Assembly (NCBI GenBank): GCA_041674205.1
Contig: JBAYWF010000004.1
Coordinates: 26,721-90,720 of the forward strand
Direction: 5' to 3'
DNA: 64,000 nt
DNA from: Parcubacteria group bacterium
GTDB taxonomy: Bacteria > Patescibacteriota > Minisyncoccia > Moranbacterales > UBA2206
A program made the position numbers and the translations under genes. The notes under the pieces were generated by a model. That model searched no databases. It saw nothing but the letters and a program-made list of their open reading frames with translations, and had not been told where the DNA came from. Below are positions 8,647-18,572 of this stretch, piece by piece. The stretch's first letter is position 1. Each line of letters starts with the position of its first letter.

Positions 8647-9504
8647 ATGACTGTCAAAAACTATCCCATCAAGAATGATACGGATTGGTGGCCTAAATTA
8701 GCAATAAAATGGAAAGGGATAACCGATCCAGTGAGGCCATCAGAGGATAACTTGGGAGTTTATGATAAACTCCTCAGAACTTCCCTAAAGGGTATAAAAA
8801 AGCCGAGAATTTTAGTGTTGGGATCAACCCCTGAAATGCGCGATTTGGCTCACAGATATGATGCTGAAGTTACCATCGTCGATATCAACATTGAAATGAT
8901 GCTGGCGATGTCGGAATTAATGGAGCATAAAAGCGATATCGAAAAAGAAATCTGGGTAAAAAGCGGCTGGGACAACGTCCCATTGGCTGGAAATTATTTT
9001 GATGCGATACTAGGTGACGCGGTCAGCAGCAATATGCCTTGGGAAAAATCGAAATTATGGATGGCGCATATGGCTGAACTGCTAAAAAAGGGCGGAGTTT
9101 TCATCGAAAGAACGTACATCCATACTGGCAATAAAAATACCGAGGTTCTGATCGATAAGCTTTTTAAGCGGATATCTGCCGAGGGGATGGTCAAAAAACA
9201 AGACCTATCCATACTTCAAATATTATTGCTGGATCTGAGTTATGATAATGAAAAAAAGATCGTAATAAATACCAACAATAAAATAAACATCTCGAGATTC
9301 AAAGACGCTTATAGGGATGAATTCATCGATGGATTATATCGGAAATTCAACAAACTCTTTCCGGATAATCCGCCTAAGATGTGGCGCGCGGTTACGGAAG
9401 ATGAACAGGACATCATATTCAGCAAAGATTTTAAAATTATCGATAAAATGCCCTCCAAATCATTTGTTAAAAATTTCATTTTTTACAAATTAATCAAAAA
9501 ATAG
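8647..9504 (+). CDS. Class I SAM-dependent methyltransferase, LGSTPE type (copy 1)
   Basis: PVRPS...VLGSTPEMRD...IVDIN...YFDAILGD...LLKKGGVF. Confidence 0.8.
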   Translation: MTVKNYPIKNDTDWWPKLAIKWKGITDPVRPSEDNLGVYDKLLRTSLKGIKKPRILVLGSTPEMRDLAHRYDAEVTIVDINIEMMLAMSELMEHKSDIEKEIWVKSGWDNVPLAGNYFDAILGDAVSSNMPWEKSKLWMAHMAELLKKGGVFIERTYIHTGNKNTEVLIDKLFKRISAEGMVKKQDLSILQILLLDLSYDNEKKIVINTNNKINISRFKDAYRDEFIDGLYRKFNKLFPDNPPKMWRAVTEDEQDIIFSKDFKIIDKMPSKSFVKNFIFYKLIKK

Positions 9505-9505
9505 G

Positions 9506-10405
9506 ATGAAGATCACGGAAAAATTCAAAAATCATCAGAAAAAATGGGCCAGGATTTCCAAGCACTGGGGGAATTTTACCGAGCCAAGCCGGCCAAGCAG
9601 AGGGGATATCGCCAATTACAATTCCTTGCTTAGTGCGGCGCTGAAAAACCGGAAAAACCCCGACATCTTATTGCTCGGTTCCACGCCGGAAATCCGCGAC
9701 GTGCTTTTCAAATTTTCCATGACCCATGGCGCGAAAGTGATCTGTGCCGATATGACGCGTGAGATGTTTGACGCTATGTCGGCACTCACTGATTTTAAAA
9801 ACGCCAAGGAAAAATTCGTATCCGCGAACTGGGTCGATATGCGGTTTGATAAAAAATTCGACGTCATAATCGGGGATTTCGTAAACGGAAATATCGGGGA
9901 CAGACATAAGCACGCTTATTTTTCCAATCTGGTGTCACTTTTGAAAGAGGACGGCTCATTCATCACCCGCGATTGCGTATTTACAGACGAATGCAAGATA
10001 GGAAGCGTCGAGCAGGCGTTCAGGTCTTTCTTGAACCAGGCGCGCGATGAGGAATACCCGATGAAAAAAGCGGCCAATATGGCGGCAAACACGCTTATCT
10101 GGGCAAGCCGGGCATTGAATGATGAGAGGAAAGGGTCGCTTTCGTATTTTTGGCCGGAACTTGAAAAATTCGGAGAGAAATTGGATTCGGCCCGGAGCGA
10201 GGACGATATCCTGCTCAAGATAATGTACCAGCGGATGATGAGAGCTTGGACGCCGTACAAATCGAAATATTGGACGTATAACACCTTTGAAGAAAATAAG
10301 CGGATGCTGGAAGGATATTTCATAATCAAGAAAACGCTTTTTGCCGACGACTACGGAAAAATCATCACGAAAGCTTCCCCGATGTATTTATTAGGTAAGC
10401 AATAA
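9506..10405 (+). CDS. Class I SAM-dependent methyltransferase, LGSTPE type (copy 2)
   Basis: PSRPS...LLGSTPEIRD...CADM...KFDVIIGD...LLKEDGSF. Confidence 0.8.
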   Translation: MKITEKFKNHQKKWARISKHWGNFTEPSRPSRGDIANYNSLLSAALKNRKNPDILLLGSTPEIRDVLFKFSMTHGAKVICADMTREMFDAMSALTDFKNAKEKFVSANWVDMRFDKKFDVIIGDFVNGNIGDRHKHAYFSNLVSLLKEDGSFITRDCVFTDECKIGSVEQAFRSFLNQARDEEYPMKKAANMAANTLIWASRALNDERKGSLSYFWPELEKFGEKLDSARSEDDILLKIMYQRMMRAWTPYKSKYWTYNTFEENKRMLEGYFIIKKTLFADDYGKIITKASPMYLLGKQ

Positions 10406-10424
10406 CAAACTACGGAAAAAAACT

Positions 10425-11291
10425 ATGGAAAAGAAAGTTGTTGACTTATGGAAAAATTGGTGGAAAGTATGGACTAAAATCGGACCGCCTTGGCGTCCAT
10501 CTAAAAAGGATATCGGTTTTTGGGAAAAGCGGATAGAGGAGCTTTCAAAGAATAAAAAATTAAAAGTTTTATTGCTTGGATCGACTCCTGAAATCAGAGA
10601 TATGTTCGCGAGACATGACATCCCACTGACCCTATTGGAAGCGAATGAATCTATGTACGAAGCTATGGGCAAGATGAGAAAGGTACATAGCGCTCCTAGC
10701 GATGAAAAGCTGGTTATCGGCAATTGGCTTGAAGCTGACAGGATATTTAAGGAAAATAGATTCGATATCGTAATAAGCGATTTGCCGCATTGCAATATTG
10801 CCTACAAGGACTGGCCGAAATTTTTTACAAATATTTTTAATGTCCTAAAACCAGGGGGACAATTTTTGCTTGCTACGGTAACTTATGGTTACCCAGAAAG
10901 GCAGACGATTGAAGAAATGTTGGAAAAATACAGTAAAAACAAAAAATACTTCGCTGATTTTAAAAATAGGATTTGGGAACTATATCAAGTTCTAAATGAA
11001 CCCGGGATTCTTGATAAAAAAGAATGGCGATTCAACCTTTACAAGCTAAGGGAGCTTGTAAAGAAAAAAGCCAAGAAAAAATTTTCACTGGACGAGATAG
11101 ATAGAAACCTTGTATTCATCCAGGGTGATTTAACCGGGGAACTGCTCAATGATGTCGTTGAAGTCGGGCCACCCCTGGAAGAGCAACTCATCATGCAGTC
11201 GAAATGGTTTTATTTAGATAGTTTGTATTTGGTGCCAGATCATCCGGTTTTTAAAATAAGAAGGACGATGATCCTTAAAGTAAAAAAATAA
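10425..11291 (+). CDS. Class I SAM-dependent methyltransferase, LGSTPE type (copy 3)
   Basis: PWRPS...LLGSTPEIRD...RFDIVISD...VLKPGGQF. Confidence 0.8.
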   Translation: MEKKVVDLWKNWWKVWTKIGPPWRPSKKDIGFWEKRIEELSKNKKLKVLLLGSTPEIRDMFARHDIPLTLLEANESMYEAMGKMRKVHSAPSDEKLVIGNWLEADRIFKENRFDIVISDLPHCNIAYKDWPKFFTNIFNVLKPGGQFLLATVTYGYPERQTIEEMLEKYSKNKKYFADFKNRIWELYQVLNEPGILDKKEWRFNLYKLRELVKKKAKKKFSLDEIDRNLVFIQGDLTGELLNDVVEVGPPLEEQLIMQSKWFYLDSLYLVPDHPVFKIRRTMILKVKK

Positions 11292-11376
11292 ACAATGGAG
11301 ATAAGCCATTCATTCGCATAATTATGATATTATTAAGCAGCCACTAATTTATTTTATTAAATATTGAAAAGATGAT

Positions 11377-12261
11377 ATGGAAAGAGTAAATGACAGAAAG
11401 GCTTGGGATAATATCTCAAAAATGTACTCAAAGCTGATAATTCCTAATCGACCTAGTTTAGGAGATATTGAAAATTACGGGCGCATAATGTCGCTAGTAT
11501 TAGGCAATAAAAAAAATCCAAAAATAATGATAATGGGCTCTACGCCAGAATTGAGATCTGCTGCTTACAGATTTAGGATTATGAAGGGGGCAAAGGTTTT
11601 TTGCGTAGATATTAGCGAAAATATGTATGAAGCAATGAATAATTTTTGCGTATCAAAGCAGTCAAATGATGAAAAGTATTTAGAAAGATCGTGGCTAAAA
11701 ACTGGTTTCAAAAAAGATTACTTTGATTTAATTTTGGGAGATGAAGTTATTTGCAATATCCCATTTGAATCACAAGACGAATTATTTAAAGAAATTTCAA
11801 GAATCCTGAAAAAAAATGGAGCTTGGGTTACAAGGCATAATTTTTCTATTGGAAAAGACGAGGTAACAAACCCAAAAGAAATAATAGAATACCTAGCTAT
11901 TAACATATCTAATGGGAATATAAACTTTGATTTTGCTGTAAATTTATTATTCGTGGATTTTTTTTACTACGCGGGATGGCATAATCCATTAGATAATTCT
12001 ATGGAGAGCCATTTGAAAGTAATGAAAAAAGAATATTTAATTCACTTCAAGAAACATCCATTAAAAAAGATCGTGAAGGAATTGATAGATTTATATGATA
12101 TTTTTTGGGTAAGTTTATCCGGGAATCATAACTGGTCTATTGTTTCAAGAAAAGATAGTGAAATAAGATTAAAGAAATTTTTTAAAATCGGAAAAAAATT
12201 ATATTCCAATGATTACCCAACTGCTAAAAATTCACCGATCTATCTGTTAAGTAAAAAATAA
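11377..12261 (+). CDS. Class I SAM-dependent methyltransferase, LGSTPE type (copy 4, AT-rich)
   Basis: PNRPS...IMGSTPELRS...CVDIS...YFDLILGD...ILKKNGAW. Confidence 0.8.
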   Translation: MERVNDRKAWDNISKMYSKLIIPNRPSLGDIENYGRIMSLVLGNKKNPKIMIMGSTPELRSAAYRFRIMKGAKVFCVDISENMYEAMNNFCVSKQSNDEKYLERSWLKTGFKKDYFDLILGDEVICNIPFESQDELFKEISRILKKNGAWVTRHNFSIGKDEVTNPKEIIEYLAINISNGNINFDFAVNLLFVDFFYYAGWHNPLDNSMESHLKVMKKEYLIHFKKHPLKKIVKELIDLYDIFWVSLSGNHNWSIVSRKDSEIRLKKFFKIGKKLYSNDYPTAKNSPIYLLSKK

Positions 12262-12262
12262 T

Positions 12263-13117
12263 ATGGAACCAAAAAAACCAAAGGTTTATAACCAAGCCTG
12301 GGCCAGCTATTATGATATGTGGGGCAAGACGGAATCGCCGTGGCGGCCGAACAAGAACGACATCGCTTTTTGTGGGAAGATGATCAAGGATATTCTCAAA
12401 AAAGAAAAGAGCCCGAAAGCCTTGGTGTTCGGTTCGACTCCGGAAATCCGCGATCTTTTGGCCAAGTATGGGATAGAAACCACCCTTGTCGATGCCAATC
12501 CGACGATGAAAAAAGCGATGGACAAATTAATGAAGCTCAAAAATCCCAAAGAGAAATTCATAATCGACAACTGGCTAAGCGTCAGATTGCCGAAGGAACA
12601 TTTCGATTTGGTTTTCTCCGATGGGCCGCTGTGCAATATCGCCCTTAGTACCTGGGGAAAGTTCATCGATAACGTGAATGGGTCGCTTAAAAAAGAAGGT
12701 TTGTTTTATCTGGCCGCTTGGGTTTACCAAGTCCGGAATCCTTGGGGATTCGATGGATTGATAGCGAAATATAAGAAAGACCCGGAATATTTCAAAGATT
12801 TCAAAAATAGGATATGGTCGTTGCACCGCCTCTACCAGGAACCCGGACTATACAACCGGAAGAAAAAAGAATTCCATTTCGACAAAGTCATAAAAAGATT
12901 GGAAAGATTTGTTAAAAAGGGCATCATCAGCGAATCAGATCTTGGAAATATCCGCTGGGTGAATGATGATTTGGGCTCATACGTGGAAATCGCTTTTGAC
13001 AATATCAGGGAAAATGACGATTTTTTGAGGCGATTTTACACGATCAAGGAAATATATACCGACAAATCCCATCCATTGATGGCTTTTCGAAGGGATTATA
13101 TGCTGAAAAAGAAATAA
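12263..13117 (+). CDS. Class I SAM-dependent methyltransferase, LGSTPE type (copy 5)
   Basis: PWRPN...VFGSTPEIRD...LVDAN...HFDLVFSD...LKKEGLF. Confidence 0.8.
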   Translation: MEPKKPKVYNQAWASYYDMWGKTESPWRPNKNDIAFCGKMIKDILKKEKSPKALVFGSTPEIRDLLAKYGIETTLVDANPTMKKAMDKLMKLKNPKEKFIIDNWLSVRLPKEHFDLVFSDGPLCNIALSTWGKFIDNVNGSLKKEGLFYLAAWVYQVRNPWGFDGLIAKYKKDPEYFKDFKNRIWSLHRLYQEPGLYNRKKKEFHFDKVIKRLERFVKKGIISESDLGNIRWVNDDLGSYVEIAFDNIRENDDFLRRFYTIKEIYTDKSHPLMAFRRDYMLKKK

Positions 13118-13227
13118 TTCCTAATCCATATTCGAAAGTTAGCTGATTTTTTTGGTTTTGTAAAGCCAAAAAATAGTATATAATAAGGGGATTGATGCAA
13201 AAAACGAAATCAGTAAAAGTTAAAAAT

Positions 13228-14064
13228 ATGTCAAAAAAACCAGTATTAAACAAGGAAGGTTGGACCCGTGTTTCAGAAGAATGGGGGCGGGTTATGTCAC
13301 CTGATCGTCCTTCACGCTATGAAATTGAGATATATGAGGATTACATCCGAAAGATAGTCCAAAAATCCAAGAAGAAAATCAAGGCTTTGATTTTAGGCGC
13401 GACGCCGGAACTCAGGGATCTATTGGCTACGTATGATATCGACGTCACTATTGTCGACATAAATTCGGATATGATCAAGGCTATGGATCAGCTTCTGGAA
13501 TATTCGGATGGGAAAGAAAAAACAGTGGTTTCAAATTGGCTTGAAATTCCGCTGGAATCGGATTCTTTCGATGTCGTTCTTTGTGACCACGGAGTGTGCC
13601 ATATCCCGTTTGAAAAGTGGGAAGCGTTTTTCGCTGAGCAGGCGAGACTCTTGAAAAAAGGCGGCCACCTGATAAAGAACGTCGTCACAGTTGAAAAAAA
13701 CGAGACCCTTGGCGCGGATGATATGATAGCCGCCTTTAAAAATAATATTTTTACCCGGGATGACAAAAATTATTATTATTGGTCGTGCATTATCGGGATG
13801 GATGATTTTGAAGGCAAGCAACACCTTAAAAACTTCCAAGATTTAGATGATCAGCTGAAGAAGTTCCTAAAAGGCGGAGTTATCACAAAAAAACAATTTG
13901 ATTTCCTAAAGACTTTTTGGCATGGATTCAAGGCTACGTTTCCACCGAAAGAGGTCGTTGACGATATCATCAGCAGGAGTTTTATTATAAAATCAATCAG
14001 AAGCAGCGCGGCAAATAGGGCTTTGACATGCTATAAGATTTATTTCGGTCAGGCAAAGAAGTAA
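13228..14064 (+). CDS. Class I SAM-dependent methyltransferase, LGSTPE type (copy 6)
   Basis: PDRPS...ILGATPELRD...IVDIN...SFDVVLCD...LLKKGGHL; start set to ATG 13228 by length comparison with the paralogs. Confidence 0.8.
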   Translation: MSKKPVLNKEGWTRVSEEWGRVMSPDRPSRYEIEIYEDYIRKIVQKSKKKIKALILGATPELRDLLATYDIDVTIVDINSDMIKAMDQLLEYSDGKEKTVVSNWLEIPLESDSFDVVLCDHGVCHIPFEKWEAFFAEQARLLKKGGHLIKNVVTVEKNETLGADDMIAAFKNNIFTRDDKNYYYWSCIIGMDDFEGKQHLKNFQDLDDQLKKFLKGGVITKKQFDFLKTFWHGFKATFPPKEVVDDIISRSFIIKSIRSSAANRALTCYKIYFGQAKK

Positions 14065-14125
14065 CGCCCCTATTTTTATAATATGAAAAATTGAAAAAGA
14101 CATAATTTTTTTAAAGACCAGCGTT

Positions 14126-14467
14126 ATGCGGAAAATTTCAGGCGTCATTATCAAGGGCAAACAAAAAGGGCGGACATTGGGATTTCCGACCGCTAATCTT
14201 GTTTTGGATGACCCGGCAATCGGAAGCGGGGTTTATGTCGGCAAAGCCCGTTTTGACGGCGGAGAATATGTCGCCGCCATTTTCGTGCCGGAAAAACGCG
14301 ATGTTCTGGAGGCGCACATTTTGGATTTTGAAGGCGACTTATACGGGAAAGAAATCAGCGTCGAGGTCGGCCAAAAGATCCGCGAGGTGGTCCGTTTCGA
14401 GAGCGAGAAGGAATTGATCAGCCAAGTACTGAAAGACCTGTTCCTGATCAGAAAAGCTAAACCGTAA
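14126..14467 (+). CDS. Monofunctional riboflavin kinase (RibF C-terminal domain only)
   Basis: GRTLGFPTANL, GVY, EAHILDFEGDLYG, IRE..RF. Confidence 0.88.
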   Translation: MRKISGVIIKGKQKGRTLGFPTANLVLDDPAIGSGVYVGKARFDGGEYVAAIFVPEKRDVLEAHILDFEGDLYGKEISVEVGQKIREVVRFESEKELISQVLKDLFLIRKAKP

Positions 14468-14478
14468 TTTCAAAAGAT

Positions 14479-15063
14479 ATGTTCACCGGCATCATAAAAA
14501 AATTATCCGTTATCGAAAAGGTCTCCCAAAAAAATGGCAGCCTTTTCGTATCCGTAAAAATCCCGGCTGGCTGGAAAGTTTGGAAGGGGGAGAGTATCGC
14601 GATCGATGGCGTATGCTCGACGGTCAAAAATTTGACCAAAAAAGATTTTATCGTGGAATATATGCCGGAAACCATCCATAAAACTACCGTCGGAGATTTT
14701 ATCAAAGATAGGCCGGTGAACTTGGAAAAAAGCCTCAAATTGAACGATCTCCTGGATGGCCATCTGGTGCAAGGGCATATCGATACGACCGGACAAGTGA
14801 AGGAAATCAAACAAATCCAAGAATCCAAAGTCGTCAAGATAAAAATCCCAACCAGTTTTATGCGCTTGGTCGCCGATAAAGGTTCGGTGACGGTGAACGG
14901 CACGAGCCTCACGGTCGTTTCCACCGGCAAAGATTGGTTCAGCGTGTCGCTAGTCGGCTACACCTTGAACAACACCAACCTCGGGACGCTCGAAGTGGGG
15001 GATAGGGTAAACATTGAAACCGATGTTTTGGCCAAATATATCGATAAATTGTTAAGGAAATAA
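14479..15063 (+). CDS. ribE: Riboflavin synthase (alpha chain; ribC in E. coli naming)
   Basis: MFTGII N-terminus, GESIAIDGVCST, GHLVQGHID, VNIETD. Confidence 0.96.
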   Translation: MFTGIIKKLSVIEKVSQKNGSLFVSVKIPAGWKVWKGESIAIDGVCSTVKNLTKKDFIVEYMPETIHKTTVGDFIKDRPVNLEKSLKLNDLLDGHLVQGHIDTTGQVKEIKQIQESKVVKIKIPTSFMRLVADKGSVTVNGTSLTVVSTGKDWFSVSLVGYTLNNTNLGTLEVGDRVNIETDVLAKYIDKLLRK

Positions 15064-15064
15064 T

Positions 15065-15523
15065 ATGCTAAGAAAACAATCAAGTGAAGTCGGGAAAATC
15101 GACGGGGAGAAATTAAAAATCGCGATCGTGGTTTCGAAATTCAACCTGGATATCACCGGCAAAATGTTCGCGGGCGCAGTTGAAACTTTACAGGATAGCG
15201 GGGTGATGGAAAAAAACATCCGGACTGTCTGGGTGCCGGGAGCGTTCGAAATCCCTTTGGCTTGCCAGAAATTAGCCCAAACAAAAAAGTATGACGGGCT
15301 GGTCGCGCTGGGTTGCGTCATCAAGGGCGATACCGACCATTACCATTACGTATCCAGCGAATCGATCCGCGGCGTGATGGATGTGATGCTTAAAACCGAT
15401 TTGCCGATCGGATTAGGCATAATCACGACCGCCAATTTGAAACAAGCCCAGGAGCGCTCCAATGACCGGCACAACAAAGGTGCCGAAGCGGCCCAAGCCG
15501 TTTTGGAGGTGATAAATAATTAA
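15065..15523 (+). CDS. ribH: 6,7-dimethyl-8-ribityllumazine synthase
   Basis: IAIVVSKFN, WVPGAFEIP, LGCVIKGDTDH, NKGAEAA. Confidence 0.96.
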   Translation: MLRKQSSEVGKIDGEKLKIAIVVSKFNLDITGKMFAGAVETLQDSGVMEKNIRTVWVPGAFEIPLACQKLAQTKKYDGLVALGCVIKGDTDHYHYVSSESIRGVMDVMLKTDLPIGLGIITTANLKQAQERSNDRHNKGAEAAQAVLEVINN

Positions 15524-15539
15524 ATCATATATAAAATTT

Positions 15540-17075
15540 ATGGATAAAGTCAGAGTCAGATTCGCGCCGTCGCCGACCGGTTATTTGCATATCGGCGGCT
15601 TGCGGAGCGCCCTATATAACTATCTGTTCGCCAAGAAAAACGGCGGGACTTTCATCTTGAAAATAGAAGACACTGACCGCAAAAGATTCGTCGAGGGCGC
15701 GGTGGAAAGCCTTATCAGCTCTTTGGATTGGGCGGGTTTGGATCGGGATGAGGGCGTGTTTATGAAAAACCAGGTTTCGGGTTCGGAATCACAAAAAACA
15801 TTCGAGTCCGAGAATTACCCGGGGGTTATGGAAATAGGCGAGTTTGGACCATACATACAATCGGAAAGACTGAATCTGTACAAAAAATATGCCGAGGAAT
15901 TGGTCGCCAAGGACAAGGCTTATTATTGTTTTTGCGAACAAGATCGGCTGGACAAGGTTAAGGAAGAAAAGATCGCAAACAAACAGGCTCCGATGTATGA
16001 CCGCTATTGTTTGAAAAACGTCACTCCGGAAGAAGTCAATGGGAAATTGAAATCGAATTGCGCCTACACGATCAGGCTTAAAGTTCCTGCTGATGAAATC
16101 ATCGAATTTGAAGATTTGGTCCGCGGAAAAGTTTCCATCAATTCCAATACCATCGATGACCAGGTCTTGATGAAATCCGACGGTTTCCCAACCTACCACT
16201 TGGCCAGCGTGATAGATGATCATCTGATGTGTACGACGCATGTCATCCGCGGCGAAGAATGGCTGCCTAGCACGCCGAAACATATCTTGCTCTATCGGGC
16301 GTTCGGATGGGAAATCCCAGAGTTCGCGCATCTGCCTCTTCTGCTCAGCACGGACAAGAAAAAACTTTCCAAACGTATGGGGGATGTGGCGGTTGAGGAT
16401 TACATAAAAAACGGCTATCTGAAAGAGGCGATAATAAATTTTGTAGCTCTTTTGGGATGGCATCCGGGCGAAGGAGAAACTCAGGAAATATATTCGCTGG
16501 ACGAATTGGAAAAAATATTCGATATTAAGCGGGTGCACAAGGCCGGCGCGGTTTTTGATTTGCAAAAGCTTGATTGGCTTAACGCGCAATATATCAAAAA
16601 AATGTCCGTGGATGAATTGTACGGACAGTCCTTGAAATTTTTCGCGCAGAAAGATTTTTATAATTCAGCTCCAAAGGAAATGAAAACCGAGGAATATCTG
16701 AAAAAAGTTTTGACTGTGGAGCAAGAGCGGCTCGTCAGATTGTCAGACGTAGGAGAAAATGATAAATTCTTTTTTACTAATATTGATTACGATAAGGCCA
16801 TGTTGCGCTGGAAAGATATGTCCGACGAAGCCTTGAAAGAATCATTGGAAAAATCCAAAAAAGTCCTGATGGGAATCGATGAACAAGGATGGGAACTGAA
16901 AAATATCGAAGAAAAACTTTTTGCGGCGGCAGGGGACAAGAAGGGCGATTTGCTTTGGCCGCTCCGAGTAGCCCTTTCCGGCGCGCAAAAATCCCCTTCG
17001 CCGATGGAATTGGCCTGGGTATTAGGCAAGCAAGAAAGCCTGGATAGACTGGAAAGCGCCATAAATAAGATTTGA
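15540..17075 (+). CDS. gltX: Glutamate--tRNA ligase
   Basis: RFAPSPTGYLHIGG (HIGH), IEDTD, KLSKR (KMSKS), PTYHLA. Confidence 0.97.
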   Translation: MDKVRVRFAPSPTGYLHIGGLRSALYNYLFAKKNGGTFILKIEDTDRKRFVEGAVESLISSLDWAGLDRDEGVFMKNQVSGSESQKTFESENYPGVMEIGEFGPYIQSERLNLYKKYAEELVAKDKAYYCFCEQDRLDKVKEEKIANKQAPMYDRYCLKNVTPEEVNGKLKSNCAYTIRLKVPADEIIEFEDLVRGKVSINSNTIDDQVLMKSDGFPTYHLASVIDDHLMCTTHVIRGEEWLPSTPKHILLYRAFGWEIPEFAHLPLLLSTDKKKLSKRMGDVAVEDYIKNGYLKEAIINFVALLGWHPGEGETQEIYSLDELEKIFDIKRVHKAGAVFDLQKLDWLNAQYIKKMSVDELYGQSLKFFAQKDFYNSAPKEMKTEEYLKKVLTVEQERLVRLSDVGENDKFFFTNIDYDKAMLRWKDMSDEALKESLEKSKKVLMGIDEQGWELKNIEEKLFAAAGDKKGDLLWPLRVALSGAQKSPSPMELAWVLGKQESLDRLESAINKI

Positions 17076-17146
17076 ATTTAAAAATAGGCGTTTTTATGTT
17101 ATAATGCGGTATGATTGGATTAGAAACATAGGATGACGTCTGCTGT

Positions 17147-18379
17147 ATGCTAAAAAAACAAAGTGTGAAAAAAAATATATCCAAAAGGATCACTGCGCTA
17201 ATGGCAATCTCCAGCGCATTGTTTTTCCCGTCCATCCATAGGGTTTATGGCACTGCTACCGACTGCGACTCGGCAAACGACAGGGTTGAATGTTTGGAAA
17301 AGGAGCGCAAGGATACCCAAAAGCTAATCGATATAAAAAATAAGACTCAGCTGACGATCCAAAGCCAGCTATCGCTTATCGACGCGCAACAACAAAAAAA
17401 CCAAGTTGAATTGCTGAAAACCAAGGAAAAAGCGCAGAGTCTCGCGCAACAAGTGGCTAACTTGGAACGGGAAATCAAAGACAAAGAAGATCTGTTGAAA
17501 TATCAACAAGTGGTCTTGAGCAAGCTGATCCAATCATACTATGAATACAACCAGGGTGGGCTTTTGAATATCGTACTGATTAATCAGGATTTCTCCGATA
17601 TTTTTAGCCAATCGGACCACATTGAACAATCCAGCAGCCGCGTAAGCGAGGTTCTGAAAACTATCCGTGAAACGAAAGAAAGCCTACAAGAGGAATATGA
17701 TGACCTGAACGTCAAGAAACGGGAGAGTGAAGATATGAAAAGCGAATTGGAAGATAGGAATTTGAACTTGCAATACAGTGAAAACCAGAAGCAGAATCTG
17801 CTCGGACAGACGCAGGCTGAAATCGCCAAATATAAAGAGCTTCTGGCAAAAATCGATAATGAAATCAACGACTTGGAAGAGGGCCTTTCAAATTCGGTCA
17901 ATATGGCCGACTTGCCGCCGGACAAAGATGGCTACTTTACTTGGCCGGTCAATCCGCATATATTCACCCAGGGTTACGGCAAAACAAGCTTCGCTAAGAC
18001 ATCCGGCATATATAAGAATAATTTCCACAATGGCGTGGATTTCGGAATAAAATACAGTAGCGTCTTTGCTGCCAGAGGCGGCAAAGTGGTCGGCTCCGGC
18101 GATAATGGTAAATATGCCTATGGTAAATGGCTTGCGATTGACCATGGAGACGGGTTAGTGACATTATACGGCCATTTGAGCGATAAGGCTGTTTCTAAAG
18201 GTGGGAAAGTCAAGGAAGGGCAAAAAATTGGCGTCAGCGGAAATACCGGGAATTCAACCGGGCCGCATCTGCATTTTTCAGTTTTCTCTTCGGGAACTTT
18301 CAAGACCGTCGAGTCTTCCTATGTCAACGGCCTGATGATCCCGACCGGAGCGCCGGTCAATCCGAAAAAATATCTGTAA
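17147..18379 (+). CDS. Coiled-coil plus M23 peptidase (EnvC/NlpD-like murein hydrolase or activator)
   Basis: N-terminal signal, long coiled coil, HNGVD, YGHL, STGPHLHF. Confidence 0.9.
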   Translation: MLKKQSVKKNISKRITALMAISSALFFPSIHRVYGTATDCDSANDRVECLEKERKDTQKLIDIKNKTQLTIQSQLSLIDAQQQKNQVELLKTKEKAQSLAQQVANLEREIKDKEDLLKYQQVVLSKLIQSYYEYNQGGLLNIVLINQDFSDIFSQSDHIEQSSSRVSEVLKTIRETKESLQEEYDDLNVKKRESEDMKSELEDRNLNLQYSENQKQNLLGQTQAEIAKYKELLAKIDNEINDLEEGLSNSVNMADLPPDKDGYFTWPVNPHIFTQGYGKTSFAKTSGIYKNNFHNGVDFGIKYSSVFAARGGKVVGSGDNGKYAYGKWLAIDHGDGLVTLYGHLSDKAVSKGGKVKEGQKIGVSGNTGNSTGPHLHFSVFSSGTFKTVESSYVNGLMIPTGAPVNPKKYL

Positions 18380-18399
18380 GCGTTTTCGTATATAAATAT

Positions 18400-18437
18400 A
18401 AAAAAAAGACCTGCTTCATTCCGTAGGCCTTTTTTTT
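18400..18437. terminator. Probable bidirectional terminator
   Basis: A-run, GACCTGC-loop-GTAGGCC, T-run, just after the M23 gene stop. Confidence 0.45.
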
Positions 18438-18495
18438 ATTATCCGTAGGGGAGAGGTTTGGTAATCTCAAATAAAAAAAGTTTTGGACTATTGGA

Positions 18496-18572
18496 CATAC
18501 ATAGATGTATCCTGCGAAGCCAGCCGATTGAAATCTGATTGGAATGGGATGCCAAGGCATACATAGATGTAT
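18496..18572. repeat. Two copies of CATACATAGATGTAT, containing the palindrome ATACAT-AG-ATGTAT
   Basis: Exact 15-bp copies at 18496-18510 and 18558-18572. Confidence 0.75.

Noticed and set aside
8647-14064. Restriction-modification DNA methyltransferase cluster
   Set aside because: No DPPY/NPPY or PC catalytic motifs and no neighbouring nuclease or specificity genes.
18496-18572. Mini CRISPR array
   Set aside because: Only two 15-bp repeats, too short, and no cas operon.
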